Shown here: positions 9,402-17,309 of the stretch, in pieces
How positions within the stretch are numbered: the stretch's first letter is position 1
Layout: every line of letters begins with the position of its first letter
Assembly (NCBI GenBank): GCA_041652815.1
Contig: JBAZGN010000001.1
Span: forward strand, 97,363 to 161,362
Source of the DNA: Candidatus Omnitrophota bacterium
GTDB lineage: Bacteria > Omnitrophota > Gorgyraeia > Duberdicusellales > 4484-171
Reading direction: 5' to 3'
DNA: 64,000 bases
The notes under the pieces: generated by a model
What the model was told of the DNA's origin: nothing
Seen by the model: only the letters and a program-made list of their open reading frames with translations
Database searches by the model: none
Made by a program: the position numbers and the translations under genes

Positions 9402-9577
9402 ATTCGAAATATCGTTGATCGTTCATCGGTTACGCGGCTCGTTTCGTCAATCGTCATATGTTTTACGTTAAACGCAACCGTGACGCGTTGCGCAACCGCA
9501 ACCGTTTTACGAAGATCTTTTACCCGTTTGTTATTTATACCTTTTTTAAATAAAAAATCAACTGAAATTTTTAACGG

Positions 9578-11314
9578 TTAGAATTCATAAGCCACACTTA
9601 ATTTATACCATCGTTTGCTGCCATCGATGTCTTTTAACTCTTCATAGCTTTTATTGAAAATGTTTATGCCTTCTAATGCGAAAGTAAAGTCACGTAATTT
9701 TTTTTCTAATTTTAAATCGAAAGTAACGTATTTTTTCCTATCTACCGGTTTTGAAAAATTACTGACAAAATTTGCACGGTAGCCTTTATAGTTAAACCCA
9801 AAACTGGTTGCTACCTTATGGCGGTCGTAGTCAAAGACATATTTCGAATACGCAAAAGGGCTTGCTTTATCAAGGGCAAGATAAGTATATCCGACGGAGA
9901 ACCTTTCTAAGATGCAATCTTTGAATTTAAATTCGGGGAAAATATCAATACCATAAGCTCTAACGCTACCGACATTCTGCGCCTGCCAGACATCTGCCTG
10001 ATTATTCCTTACCCAGTCAATAGTATTATACTGGTCCCTTAAAAATACGCTTGAGGAAAGGCTGAAAAATTCTTTCGGTAAAAAGTCAAAGCCTAAATCA
10101 AAATTGTTCGAACGTTGTATGCCAAGTTCTGGGTTACCTCTATTCGCAGCATCCGAATAATATAATTCCGTAAAGGAGGGTGCCCGCCAAAGCCGGTCAT
10201 AGGAAAATCTTAGCTTAAAATCATCCCGCAAAAAGTATCCTGTCCCAAAATGCGCATTCTCAAGATAATTCCACTTGTAATAATAATCCGTGCCCGCGTT
10301 AAATTCCAGTAAAAACTTACCAAATTGCTTCTCTGTAGCCCCAAGTAAAATACCTTTTCTCAGCCTAGAATGTTTACCTAAATTGGTACTGTCAATTTTT
10401 TCCTGTTCGATATTTAAATTTACGAATAAATCGTTAGGAAAGCTCAATTCCTCTTTTAAGCCATAAACATAGGTTGTATGATAATTTGTAGAGAGTGGTG
10501 GGTTTGAACGGTCTAAGATAAATTTATCTCGATGGCGCCGCAGATAAGCTGTGTTGTTTAATTTGAAAATCCCGCTATCAAAACCGAAGCGTCCGAGAAA
10601 AAATGTCTGGTTTATGTGTTCCTCTTCTTGCCTAAAACGTGATGAATAAAAGCTATCTGCTCCAAAATCTCTTTTGGTCTGGCCGAATAAAAATTCCAAA
10701 TCATTTTTATCAATCTGCCATAGGCTATGATAAGAAAAATTATAAATTTCAAAATCAGTATCAGTCCGTGAACCCTTTGATATCTTATGCTCTATTGAAA
10801 GCCTGTTCTTTGTTTCTGAAATCGGAAAGTTTATAGACATCAAGTTTTCCCAGAGAGCGTATTGCCCGAAAGAACTTTTTAAAAGCGCCCCCTTATCTTG
10901 AGGAGCCTTAAGTTTAAAATTTATTCTCTGCGAATTTTTATAAATACCGACTTCTTCGAGATCTGCGCTGGTTAAAGGAATTTCTAAGGTAAAATGGCCT
11001 GTCTGGGGATCGTTTATTTTAACACCGCCCAGCGTTACATAAGCATCTTCAAATGTGCTACCGCGAATCGATAAATCCTGTTGTATTCCAAAAGGAGCGC
11101 GTTCCTTAAGATTTACGCTTGATGAATAATCGAGAAGCTCTTCAAGGGAAGTGTAGGGCAAGTTTTCGATATCTTCCGAAGAAATATTATCTACGCTCTC
11201 TGTTGCATTCTCAGAATAGTTTCTGGTTACTGTAATCGGCTCAAGCGTGACAGTTTCACAAAAACTGCATAGAGGGCATAAAAAAACTAATAAAAAAATG
11301 GCTGATTTTTTCAT
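9578..11314 (-). CDS. TonB-dependent outer-membrane receptor (plug plus a short barrel)
   Basis: Signal peptide and plug-domain motifs (DLSIRGSTFEDAYVTLGGVKINDPQTGHF). Terminal aromatic residue (…AYEF). Confidence 0.7.
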   Translation of the reverse strand: MKKSAIFLLVFLCPLCSFCETVTLEPITVTRNYSENATESVDNISSEDIENLPYTSLEELLDYSSSVNLKERAPFGIQQDLSIRGSTFEDAYVTLGGVKINDPQTGHFTLEIPLTSADLEEVGIYKNSQRINFKLKAPQDKGALLKSSFGQYALWENLMSINFPISETKNRLSIEHKISKGSRTDTDFEIYNFSYHSLWQIDKNDLEFLFGQTKRDFGADSFYSSRFRQEEEHINQTFFLGRFGFDSGIFKLNNTAYLRRHRDKFILDRSNPPLSTNYHTTYVYGLKEELSFPNDLFVNLNIEQEKIDSTNLGKHSRLRKGILLGATEKQFGKFLLEFNAGTDYYYKWNYLENAHFGTGYFLRDDFKLRFSYDRLWRAPSFTELYYSDAANRGNPELGIQRSNNFDLGFDFLPKEFFSLSSSVFLRDQYNTIDWVRNNQADVWQAQNVGSVRAYGIDIFPEFKFKDCILERFSVGYTYLALDKASPFAYSKYVFDYDRHKVATSFGFNYKGYRANFVSNFSKPVDRKKYVTFDLKLEKKLRDFTFALEGINIFNKSYEELKDIDGSKRWYKLSVAYEF

Positions 11315-11323
11315 TATTAAATA

Positions 11324-12310
11324 TTAGATTCTAAACTGTTTTAATTTGTTTTCATCAATCGGAGCGACAGAAACTGTTTCGCTACTGGCCTGCGGGAAAA
11401 CCCTGATTGTGACTTTGATTGCTCCGTTATTTTTAGAAGTATACCCGGCAATTATCTGGCTGGAGATTGCTTTTGCGCTCTCATTGGCAAATCCTTTTCC
11501 AAGGCCGGTTGGACCGGGTAATTCCAGCGGCTCAAAAATAACATCTCTATCAGCGGCTGATTTCAAAATTTCGTTATTCTCCTTTTCGTTTCTTCCTACA
11601 ATCAGCTTAAAAGATTTACTTAATCTAAAATGCCTTCCAATTTTAAGTAATTCTAAATTCGCCGAAGTGCATTCATCGTGCTTTAAAAGATCCTCTACTC
11701 TGCCGCAAAATGATGAAATTGTAAGTAGGCAACCTCCTGCAGGCCAGGCGAAATTTTTTATACCCAGGCTATCAGCAAGCTTAAATTGAGGGTTCCTCGA
11801 GCGGCCGTTAAAATTAAAAAGAACTTGCCGGTTCACCCATTTTTCTTTTTCCGGAAAAGTTTCTTCTAGTAATTTTGCTGACAAAGGCCTGAGAAGCAAT
11901 CCGGCAAGCCCGGCGTTCTTTTCAATAAGTATCAATGTTTCTTTGTGCTGTGATTTTGGCCTTTGCGCTAATACTTCTCCGGTTATAACGAATGAAGCGC
12001 CTAATTCTTCCATTAACCTAGCGGCATGCTTTAACATTAAAATTTTACAGTCGATGCAAGGATTTAAATTTTTTCCGTAACCGAACCGAGGGTTCTTTAG
12101 CATCTGCACGTAATCGCTGCCGAGATAAATAATTTTTAGCTGCCCACCCAGCTCTGTTACTTTCTTACGCAAGATTTCTTCTTTATTTTTGTCAAAGTTG
12201 GAAAGGGGTGTTACAAAATGCAGGGCGATTACCTCAATGCCCTGGTTTATGATGAGCTTCATTGCCAATAAGCTATCCAGACCGCCTGAAAAAAGTGCTA
12301 ATGCTTTCAT
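11324..12310 (-). CDS. PP-loop ATPase, ThiI-like tRNA sulfurtransferase domain without THUMP
   Basis: ALFSGGLDSLLA PP-loop and HF...NPCIDCK...ITGEVLAQRPKSQ...LLRPL motifs, resembling ThiI. LarE-like is a less likely alternative. Confidence 0.5.
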   Translation of the reverse strand: MKALALFSGGLDSLLAMKLIINQGIEVIALHFVTPLSNFDKNKEEILRKKVTELGGQLKIIYLGSDYVQMLKNPRFGYGKNLNPCIDCKILMLKHAARLMEELGASFVITGEVLAQRPKSQHKETLILIEKNAGLAGLLLRPLSAKLLEETFPEKEKWVNRQVLFNFNGRSRNPQFKLADSLGIKNFAWPAGGCLLTISSFCGRVEDLLKHDECTSANLELLKIGRHFRLSKSFKLIVGRNEKENNEILKSAADRDVIFEPLELPGPTGLGKGFANESAKAISSQIIAGYTSKNNGAIKVTIRVFPQASSETVSVAPIDENKLKQFRI

Positions 12311-12352
12311 ATGTCTAACAGAATAGTTTTATTTCGCTCTGGCAGGATTAAT

Positions 12353-12517
12353 TTTTATTCTTGGTAAGATTTATAAGCTCTTCCATCTGTTTTGAAATCT
12401 TTTTAAGCAGTTCAATTTGTTCTTTTTGTAAATGTTCCTGTTTTTCCTGTATCTGCTTTGCCTCATTAGCTAACTTTGCCATATCTCCAAGCTTACTGAA
12501 ATCAAACATGTTTTGCT
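12353..12517 (-). CDS. Unannotated small coiled-coil protein (54 aa), YbaB N-terminus-like
   Basis: MFDFSKLGDMAKLANEAKQIQEKQEHLQKEQIELLKKISKQMEELINLTKNKN. AAGGAG RBS 7 nt upstream. Below the ORF-track size cut-off. Confidence 0.4.
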
Positions 12518-12626
12518 CCTTAAATTATCCAACTAAAGTTGGATAATTTAACCCGCAGCGCTTCGGTTAAATTTCGCGGCCTGCGGCTGGGAAATTTAAC
12601 CGATATGCAGGCGCAAGGGGTAAAAT

Positions 12627-12648
12627 CTAGAAGCGGATATCCGCTTCT
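12627..12648. repeat. Minimal copy (terminal inverted repeats only) of the tagaagcggat MITE-like family
   Basis: Perfect palindrome tagaagcggatatccgcttcta. Confidence 0.55.
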
Positions 12649-12649
12649 A

Positions 12650-12868
12650 TTACTTATAGGTAATCTCAATGTTTTTTTCTTCAAGAAAATCGAACAATCT
12701 ATTCATTTCTTTCTCTTTGCCTTCGAAACTAACAATCGCCCATCCCATTTCAGTTGAGAAGGAAGCTTCGATTATTCTTACGGTTAGATCAAAATTTTTT
12801 ATGATGTAGCAAAAAAAAGGTTCATTCTTGTATTCTATCGGAATGTTAAGCTCTACTTCTTTTATCAT
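12650..12868 (-). CDS. Small NIL-domain-like protein
   Basis: 72 aa, MIKEVELNIPIEYKNEPFFCYIIKNFDLTVRIIEASF...GWAIVSFEG. GGAGG RBS. Start trimmed out of the repeat. Confidence 0.45.
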   Translation of the reverse strand: MIKEVELNIPIEYKNEPFFCYIIKNFDLTVRIIEASFSTEMGWAIVSFEGKEKEMNRLFDFLEEKNIEITYK

Positions 12869-12884
12869 ATTAACCTCCATATTA

Positions 12885-12976
12885 TAGAAGCGGATAGCCG
12901 CGGATTTATACGCGGATAAACGCAAGCGAATTACTGTGCGTAAATCCGCGTTGCTATCTGCGGTAATCCGCTTCTA
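12885..12976. repeat. Full copy of the tagaagcggat MITE-like palindromic element
   Basis: About 85% identical over ~92 nt to the inverted copy at 29771-29863. Same terminal inverted repeats as 12627-12648. Confidence 0.65.
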
Positions 12977-12985
12977 ATTATTATA

Positions 12986-14263
12986 CTATACATTTTCAAA
13001 GTTTTTGAATTTTTCTTTCGGCAGGTTAAAATAGCCTATTTTAAGGCGAGGAAACTTTTTGTTTAAGATATTTACGAGAAAACTTATGCCTTTTGGAGAA
13101 AAATCTTTACACCCCAGCATTTCGAAATAAAAATCCGGGTCTATGTTTAGATTGCGCATCTGCAGCATATCTACGCCTGTATTTCTTACAAACGTAAGTA
13201 GAGCCTCGACCTGCTCTTTTGAATCAGAAAATCCCGGAAAGATAAACAGATTTGCCGAAACAAACTTATTGTGTTTTTTTGCTATTTCAATTGACTTAAG
13301 GACATCGCTGAATTTATAGTGCAATGGGCGAAAATAAAGATTATAAAATTTTTCCTGCGGGCTGTTTAAACTCACGCGGAAAGAATCAATGCCCGCCCGA
13401 CAAAGTAAATCAATCTTGCTCGGGATACTTGCATTTGTATTCATATTTATTGTGCCGAGGGAAAGGTTTTGCCTGACCTTAGCTATAGCCTTTGCTATTA
13501 AATCTGCTTCAAGCAAAGGCTCACCCTCGCAACCCTGGCCGAAACTGACTATTGCTTCACGAGCATACGCTAAATGGCTATGCATTACTTCATAAATTTC
13601 CGAAACACTCGGCCTGAAATTTATTCTGCTATGGGACGCTTCGCAATCAGACTCCTGGTAAGAAAGGCAACCTATGCAGCGGGCATTACAGAAACGTGAG
13701 GTAGGAACTGGTGCCTCCCATCTTTGTAAAAAAAAGTTTTTTGCGGCAAGGCAATTATAATTTAAAGCGCAATTTGCAAGATGCCGGAAAAGCCTGTTTT
13801 GTGGATAAGTTCTCAAAAAGATTTTGACTTGTTTTTTTATTAAACTGTTTTTATAAAAACGCGGGCTCTGGCGTATTCTTCTATCTATTCTTTTCGCTGT
13901 AACGTATACGTCTTTGCCAATCATCCCGCAGGCAGTATATGCCCACAAAGGTAATTTACCTTTATCGGCATATACTGCCGCCGGGTTATAAAGCCTAAGA
14001 TACGCTGGAATGATAAATGCAGCTACCGCATATACAGGCCTGGCTTCGAATTCGAAAAGCGGGGTAAACTGCCCGGTTTTTTCATTAAAACCGACGGGTG
14101 CGCGATAGGGAAGATAAAATAAAGAGCTTCCTTTAGGAATTTTTATCAAATCATTTTTTTGCGGCAGTTTAAAAAGATTAAGGCTTGAGACGGCCATTTT
14201 TAAGAAAGGGTGCTGATGGATTTTACCTTTTTGGTCTGAAAAAAGAAGATGTGGAAGGTTCAT
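12986..14263 (-). CDS. Radical SAM enzyme with ~200-aa N-terminal extension
   Basis: CNARCIGC (CxxxCxxC) plus glycine-rich SAM motif SFGQGCEGEPLL. 425 aa. Confidence 0.65.
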   Translation of the reverse strand: MNLPHLLFSDQKGKIHQHPFLKMAVSSLNLFKLPQKNDLIKIPKGSSLFYLPYRAPVGFNEKTGQFTPLFEFEARPVYAVAAFIIPAYLRLYNPAAVYADKGKLPLWAYTACGMIGKDVYVTAKRIDRRIRQSPRFYKNSLIKKQVKIFLRTYPQNRLFRHLANCALNYNCLAAKNFFLQRWEAPVPTSRFCNARCIGCLSYQESDCEASHSRINFRPSVSEIYEVMHSHLAYAREAIVSFGQGCEGEPLLEADLIAKAIAKVRQNLSLGTINMNTNASIPSKIDLLCRAGIDSFRVSLNSPQEKFYNLYFRPLHYKFSDVLKSIEIAKKHNKFVSANLFIFPGFSDSKEQVEALLTFVRNTGVDMLQMRNLNIDPDFYFEMLGCKDFSPKGISFLVNILNKKFPRLKIGYFNLPKEKFKNFENV

Positions 14264-14394
14264 TGATTAGGTTTTAGAAACAGCATTGGAATATACTTGG
14301 GCTCATCAATTGACATACAGTTGAAATGCAATGGAAATACAGTGGAAATGCAATTGTATTTCTATTGTATATCTAGTGTATTTCAATCGTATTT

Positions 14395-14802
14395 CTATTG
14401 CACATCTGCTTTTTTATTTTTAGGCTTTTCAACATACGCCCTTAACCTTAAAGTGATAACGCGGTTTTGTTTGCCTAAAAGTTTTATTTCCTGAATCGTT
14501 AAACCTTTATACTCTGACGGGTCAAATTCTACATTTATAAGAGCGCTATCTTTTTTCTTGGTTACGTTTACCTCAATGCAGTCGCACAGGCTCACGGCAT
14601 TGTTAATTTCTTCTTTAATCTCGTAAGTTTTTTTAAATATTTTATTGGGAGAAATTATTCCTATATTGTATTCGAGAACTTTTCCCTCCGGGGCCTGGGC
14701 ATAAATAAAAAAGCAAAAACTAATCAGAAATAATAATCCGAAGCCATACATGCAAATGCGTAAAATTTTGCCAAAAAGTGTGGAAAATTCTAACTTATCC
14801 AT
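14395..14802 (-). CDS. DUF1573-like membrane-anchored beta-sandwich protein
   Basis: TM anchor then YNIGIISPNK...VSLCDCIEV pattern. Confidence 0.45.
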   Translation of the reverse strand: MDKLEFSTLFGKILRICMYGFGLLFLISFCFFIYAQAPEGKVLEYNIGIISPNKIFKKTYEIKEEINNAVSLCDCIEVNVTKKKDSALINVEFDPSEYKGLTIQEIKLLGKQNRVITLRLRAYVEKPKNKKADVQ

Positions 14803-15992
14803 AAAATTACAAATCCTAAGAGTATAAATAACAAAAACATCAAAAGTTTTATTCCAGCCATATTCTCTTTTAAAAAGTTATTGAATTTTTGAGAACCGAG
14901 CCCAAGAAGAGAAAGTATAAAAACAACCACAAGCGGCAGTATGAACATCAGATTATAAATAACAAGGTAGCTAAAGGCCTTGAGACGTAAATTCGTATTT
15001 TTCAAAATAAGTACTATTGTAGGCAAATATACCTGGCCGGTACAGGCACCTTCAAGTAAAGACACAAGAAAGCCCACAACAAAAGCGCTGATACAAAGGC
15101 TTAACATTCCCTCCTCTTGCTTTTTACGTAAATGCGCGCCGATTACTTCATTGATGCGTTTTTTTAAGAAATGCGGCAGTTGCAAGACCATTCCGTCAGT
15201 TTGTCCGGTTTTTTTGAATTTAAAGAAGTCAAAAAGAGCCAGCCCGGCAAGAACAAAACAGAACCCAGCGATAAAATAATAAAATGTTTTTATGACATTG
15301 TAGAAGTTGGATAAAGAATAAAGAAAATTGAAAAAACCGAGGCCTATGAGAAGATAAGTTAGAAACACTGCGAAACAATATGAAGTGCCAACATAAATTA
15401 TTTCCCTTCTTCGGTAGCCGTAGACTGCAAGAAATGACACGAAGAAAACAATTACCGCAAAAGCACAAGGGTTTACCCCGTCAATAAGCCCGCTGGCAAT
15501 TACCGTAAATATAGAAATTTTTTTAAATACCTGCAAAAGCTCTAATTTAATAAACCCTAAGGGAGTTTTCTTGGCTTTTAAAGCCAACTCTATGGAATTA
15601 ACCAATTTGCTTTTTATTTCGTCTCTTCCGATTAATAAACGGTCTCCAATCAAAACAGAAGGCACGCGGCCGTCAACATTTCTTAACCGGACACTTAATG
15701 TTACAAGCTTAACAAGGTTGGCTGAATTACCGGAAGTATTCAGGTCTTCCCAGGTTACCTTGTTTTTATATTTTTCTTTTATCGAAGGCAGGAATTCTTT
15801 TTCAAGCTCCATGCAAATTTTACAATGGGGAGAATAAAAAACGATTATCTGCAGTTTGCCTTCTTTGTTGGAAGGAATTGAAACAGCCTGATTCGTATTA
15901 TTGACTGGCGTATCCGTAGAAGACTTTGCGGCACTTGGATAAACACAAAAAGGCACAATTGTTAAGGCTATAATCAATAATATGCGCTTCAC
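14790..15992 (-). CDS. Thioredoxin-like periplasmic domain fused to a CcdA/DsbD-type polytopic membrane domain (disulfide relay)
   Basis: Signal peptide. FYSPHCKICMELEKEF thioredoxin-fold motif. TM domain with conserved Cys (GVNPCAFAV, EGACTGQVY). Confidence 0.45.
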   Translation of the reverse strand: MKRILLIIALTIVPFCVYPSAAKSSTDTPVNNTNQAVSIPSNKEGKLQIIVFYSPHCKICMELEKEFLPSIKEKYKNKVTWEDLNTSGNSANLVKLVTLSVRLRNVDGRVPSVLIGDRLLIGRDEIKSKLVNSIELALKAKKTPLGFIKLELLQVFKKISIFTVIASGLIDGVNPCAFAVIVFFVSFLAVYGYRRREIIYVGTSYCFAVFLTYLLIGLGFFNFLYSLSNFYNVIKTFYYFIAGFCFVLAGLALFDFFKFKKTGQTDGMVLQLPHFLKKRINEVIGAHLRKKQEEGMLSLCISAFVVGFLVSLLEGACTGQVYLPTIVLILKNTNLRLKAFSYLVIYNLMFILPLVVVFILSLLGLGSQKFNNFLKENMAGIKLLMFLLFILLGFVILWIS

Positions 15993-16475
15993 CCCGCCCT
16001 TCCTCCTTAGTATTTAAGATTATTATTTTTGCCCCAACCCTTGTTTTTCTTGAAACCTATTAAACTTTTACTTATAAATATAACGCATTTCTGGAAGGGT
16101 GGGGTTCATAATAAATAGATTATACCAAGCATATTATAAAAATCTATAAGTAAATTTTAAACACGAATATCCACGAATCAAAGACGAATTGCCACGAATC
16201 ATTCGTGGAAATTTGTTTCGAATTCGTGGTCATTCGTGTTAACAAATTTATAATGAAAAATGCATAATTTATTGTAGAATATATAAATAATCAAATTAGG
16301 CTAAAGGCTAAACAACAAATTTCAATGAATTTCGCAAAGCGAATTTCTACTAATTTCGATTGTCCGCCACCGATGACTTTTTATATGTGGGCGGATCCGC
16401 CTCAGGCGGAAAATTGGTAGAAATTAAGAAATTGATAGAAATTTATTGTCTTTGATCTATTCGGAGGTTTTTGGA

Positions 16476-17309
16476 ATGAAGATTTATCTTGCCAAGCACT
16501 GTGGTTTCTGTTTCGGGGTAAAAAGGGCTATCAAAATAGCCAAAGAAACAGCTGCTAAATATAAAAATATATACATAAAAGGCGACCTTGTGCATAATGA
16601 AGCTGTCTGCAAGAAAATAGAAAAATCCGGCATAAAAAGGATGGATTCTCTGGACAAGCTGCCTGTCGGATCGAATGTAATCATAAAAGCTCATGGCGAG
16701 CCTCTTAAAACTTATAAGACACTTCAGGCTATGGATTTAAACATAGTGGATGCAACGTGCCCTATGGTAAAAGATATACATAAAAAAGCCCGGGAACTCG
16801 AACAAAAAGGGTACCAGGTTGTCATAATCGGCGACAGAAATCATGAGGAAACAAAAGGCATATTGGGTAACGTAAAAAATGGCGTTATTCTGGAAAATAA
16901 AAATGACGCTGATAAATTAAAGGGAAATATTAAAAATAAGATCGGCGTTTTATGCCAATCAACCCAGACGCTTGAAAACGTGACAGCTACCGTGCATGAA
17001 CTCGCAAAGCACGCAGAAGAGCTTTTCTTTATAAATACGATATGCAATCCTACTCGTCTTCGCCAGAATGAAATAGAAGAATTATCTTCTAAATGCGCGG
17101 CTGTATTAATTGTCGGCTCAAAGAAAAGCGCAAATACAAAAAGGCTTTATGAGGCGGCGAAAAAAATAAATAAAAACGCTTTCTGGATAACATCAGAAAA
17201 AATAAACAAGAATGATTTTAGTAAATTCAAATCAATAGGCATAATTGGAGGCGCTTCCACCCCGGTTGAAGTCCTGCAAACGATAACAAGGAGATTAAAT
17301 GATTTATAA
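16476..17309 (+). CDS. ispH: 4-hydroxy-3-methylbut-2-enyl diphosphate reductase
   Basis: MKIYLAKHCGFCFGVKRAI...DLVHNEAV...DATCPMV. Start chosen at MKIYL. Confidence 0.85.
   Translation: MKIYLAKHCGFCFGVKRAIKIAKETAAKYKNIYIKGDLVHNEAVCKKIEKSGIKRMDSLDKLPVGSNVIIKAHGEPLKTYKTLQAMDLNIVDATCPMVKDIHKKARELEQKGYQVVIIGDRNHEETKGILGNVKNGVILENKNDADKLKGNIKNKIGVLCQSTQTLENVTATVHELAKHAEELFFINTICNPTRLRQNEIEELSSKCAAVLIVGSKKSANTKRLYEAAKKINKNAFWITSEKINKNDFSKFKSIGIIGGASTPVEVLQTITRRLNDL

Noticed and set aside
14290-14400. Possible CRISPR-like array (repeated units with spacers)
   Set aside because: The units are degenerate and arranged as an inverted repeat (hairpin), not direct repeats with unique spacers. No cas genes are present. 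The same holds for all other word-repeat loci.
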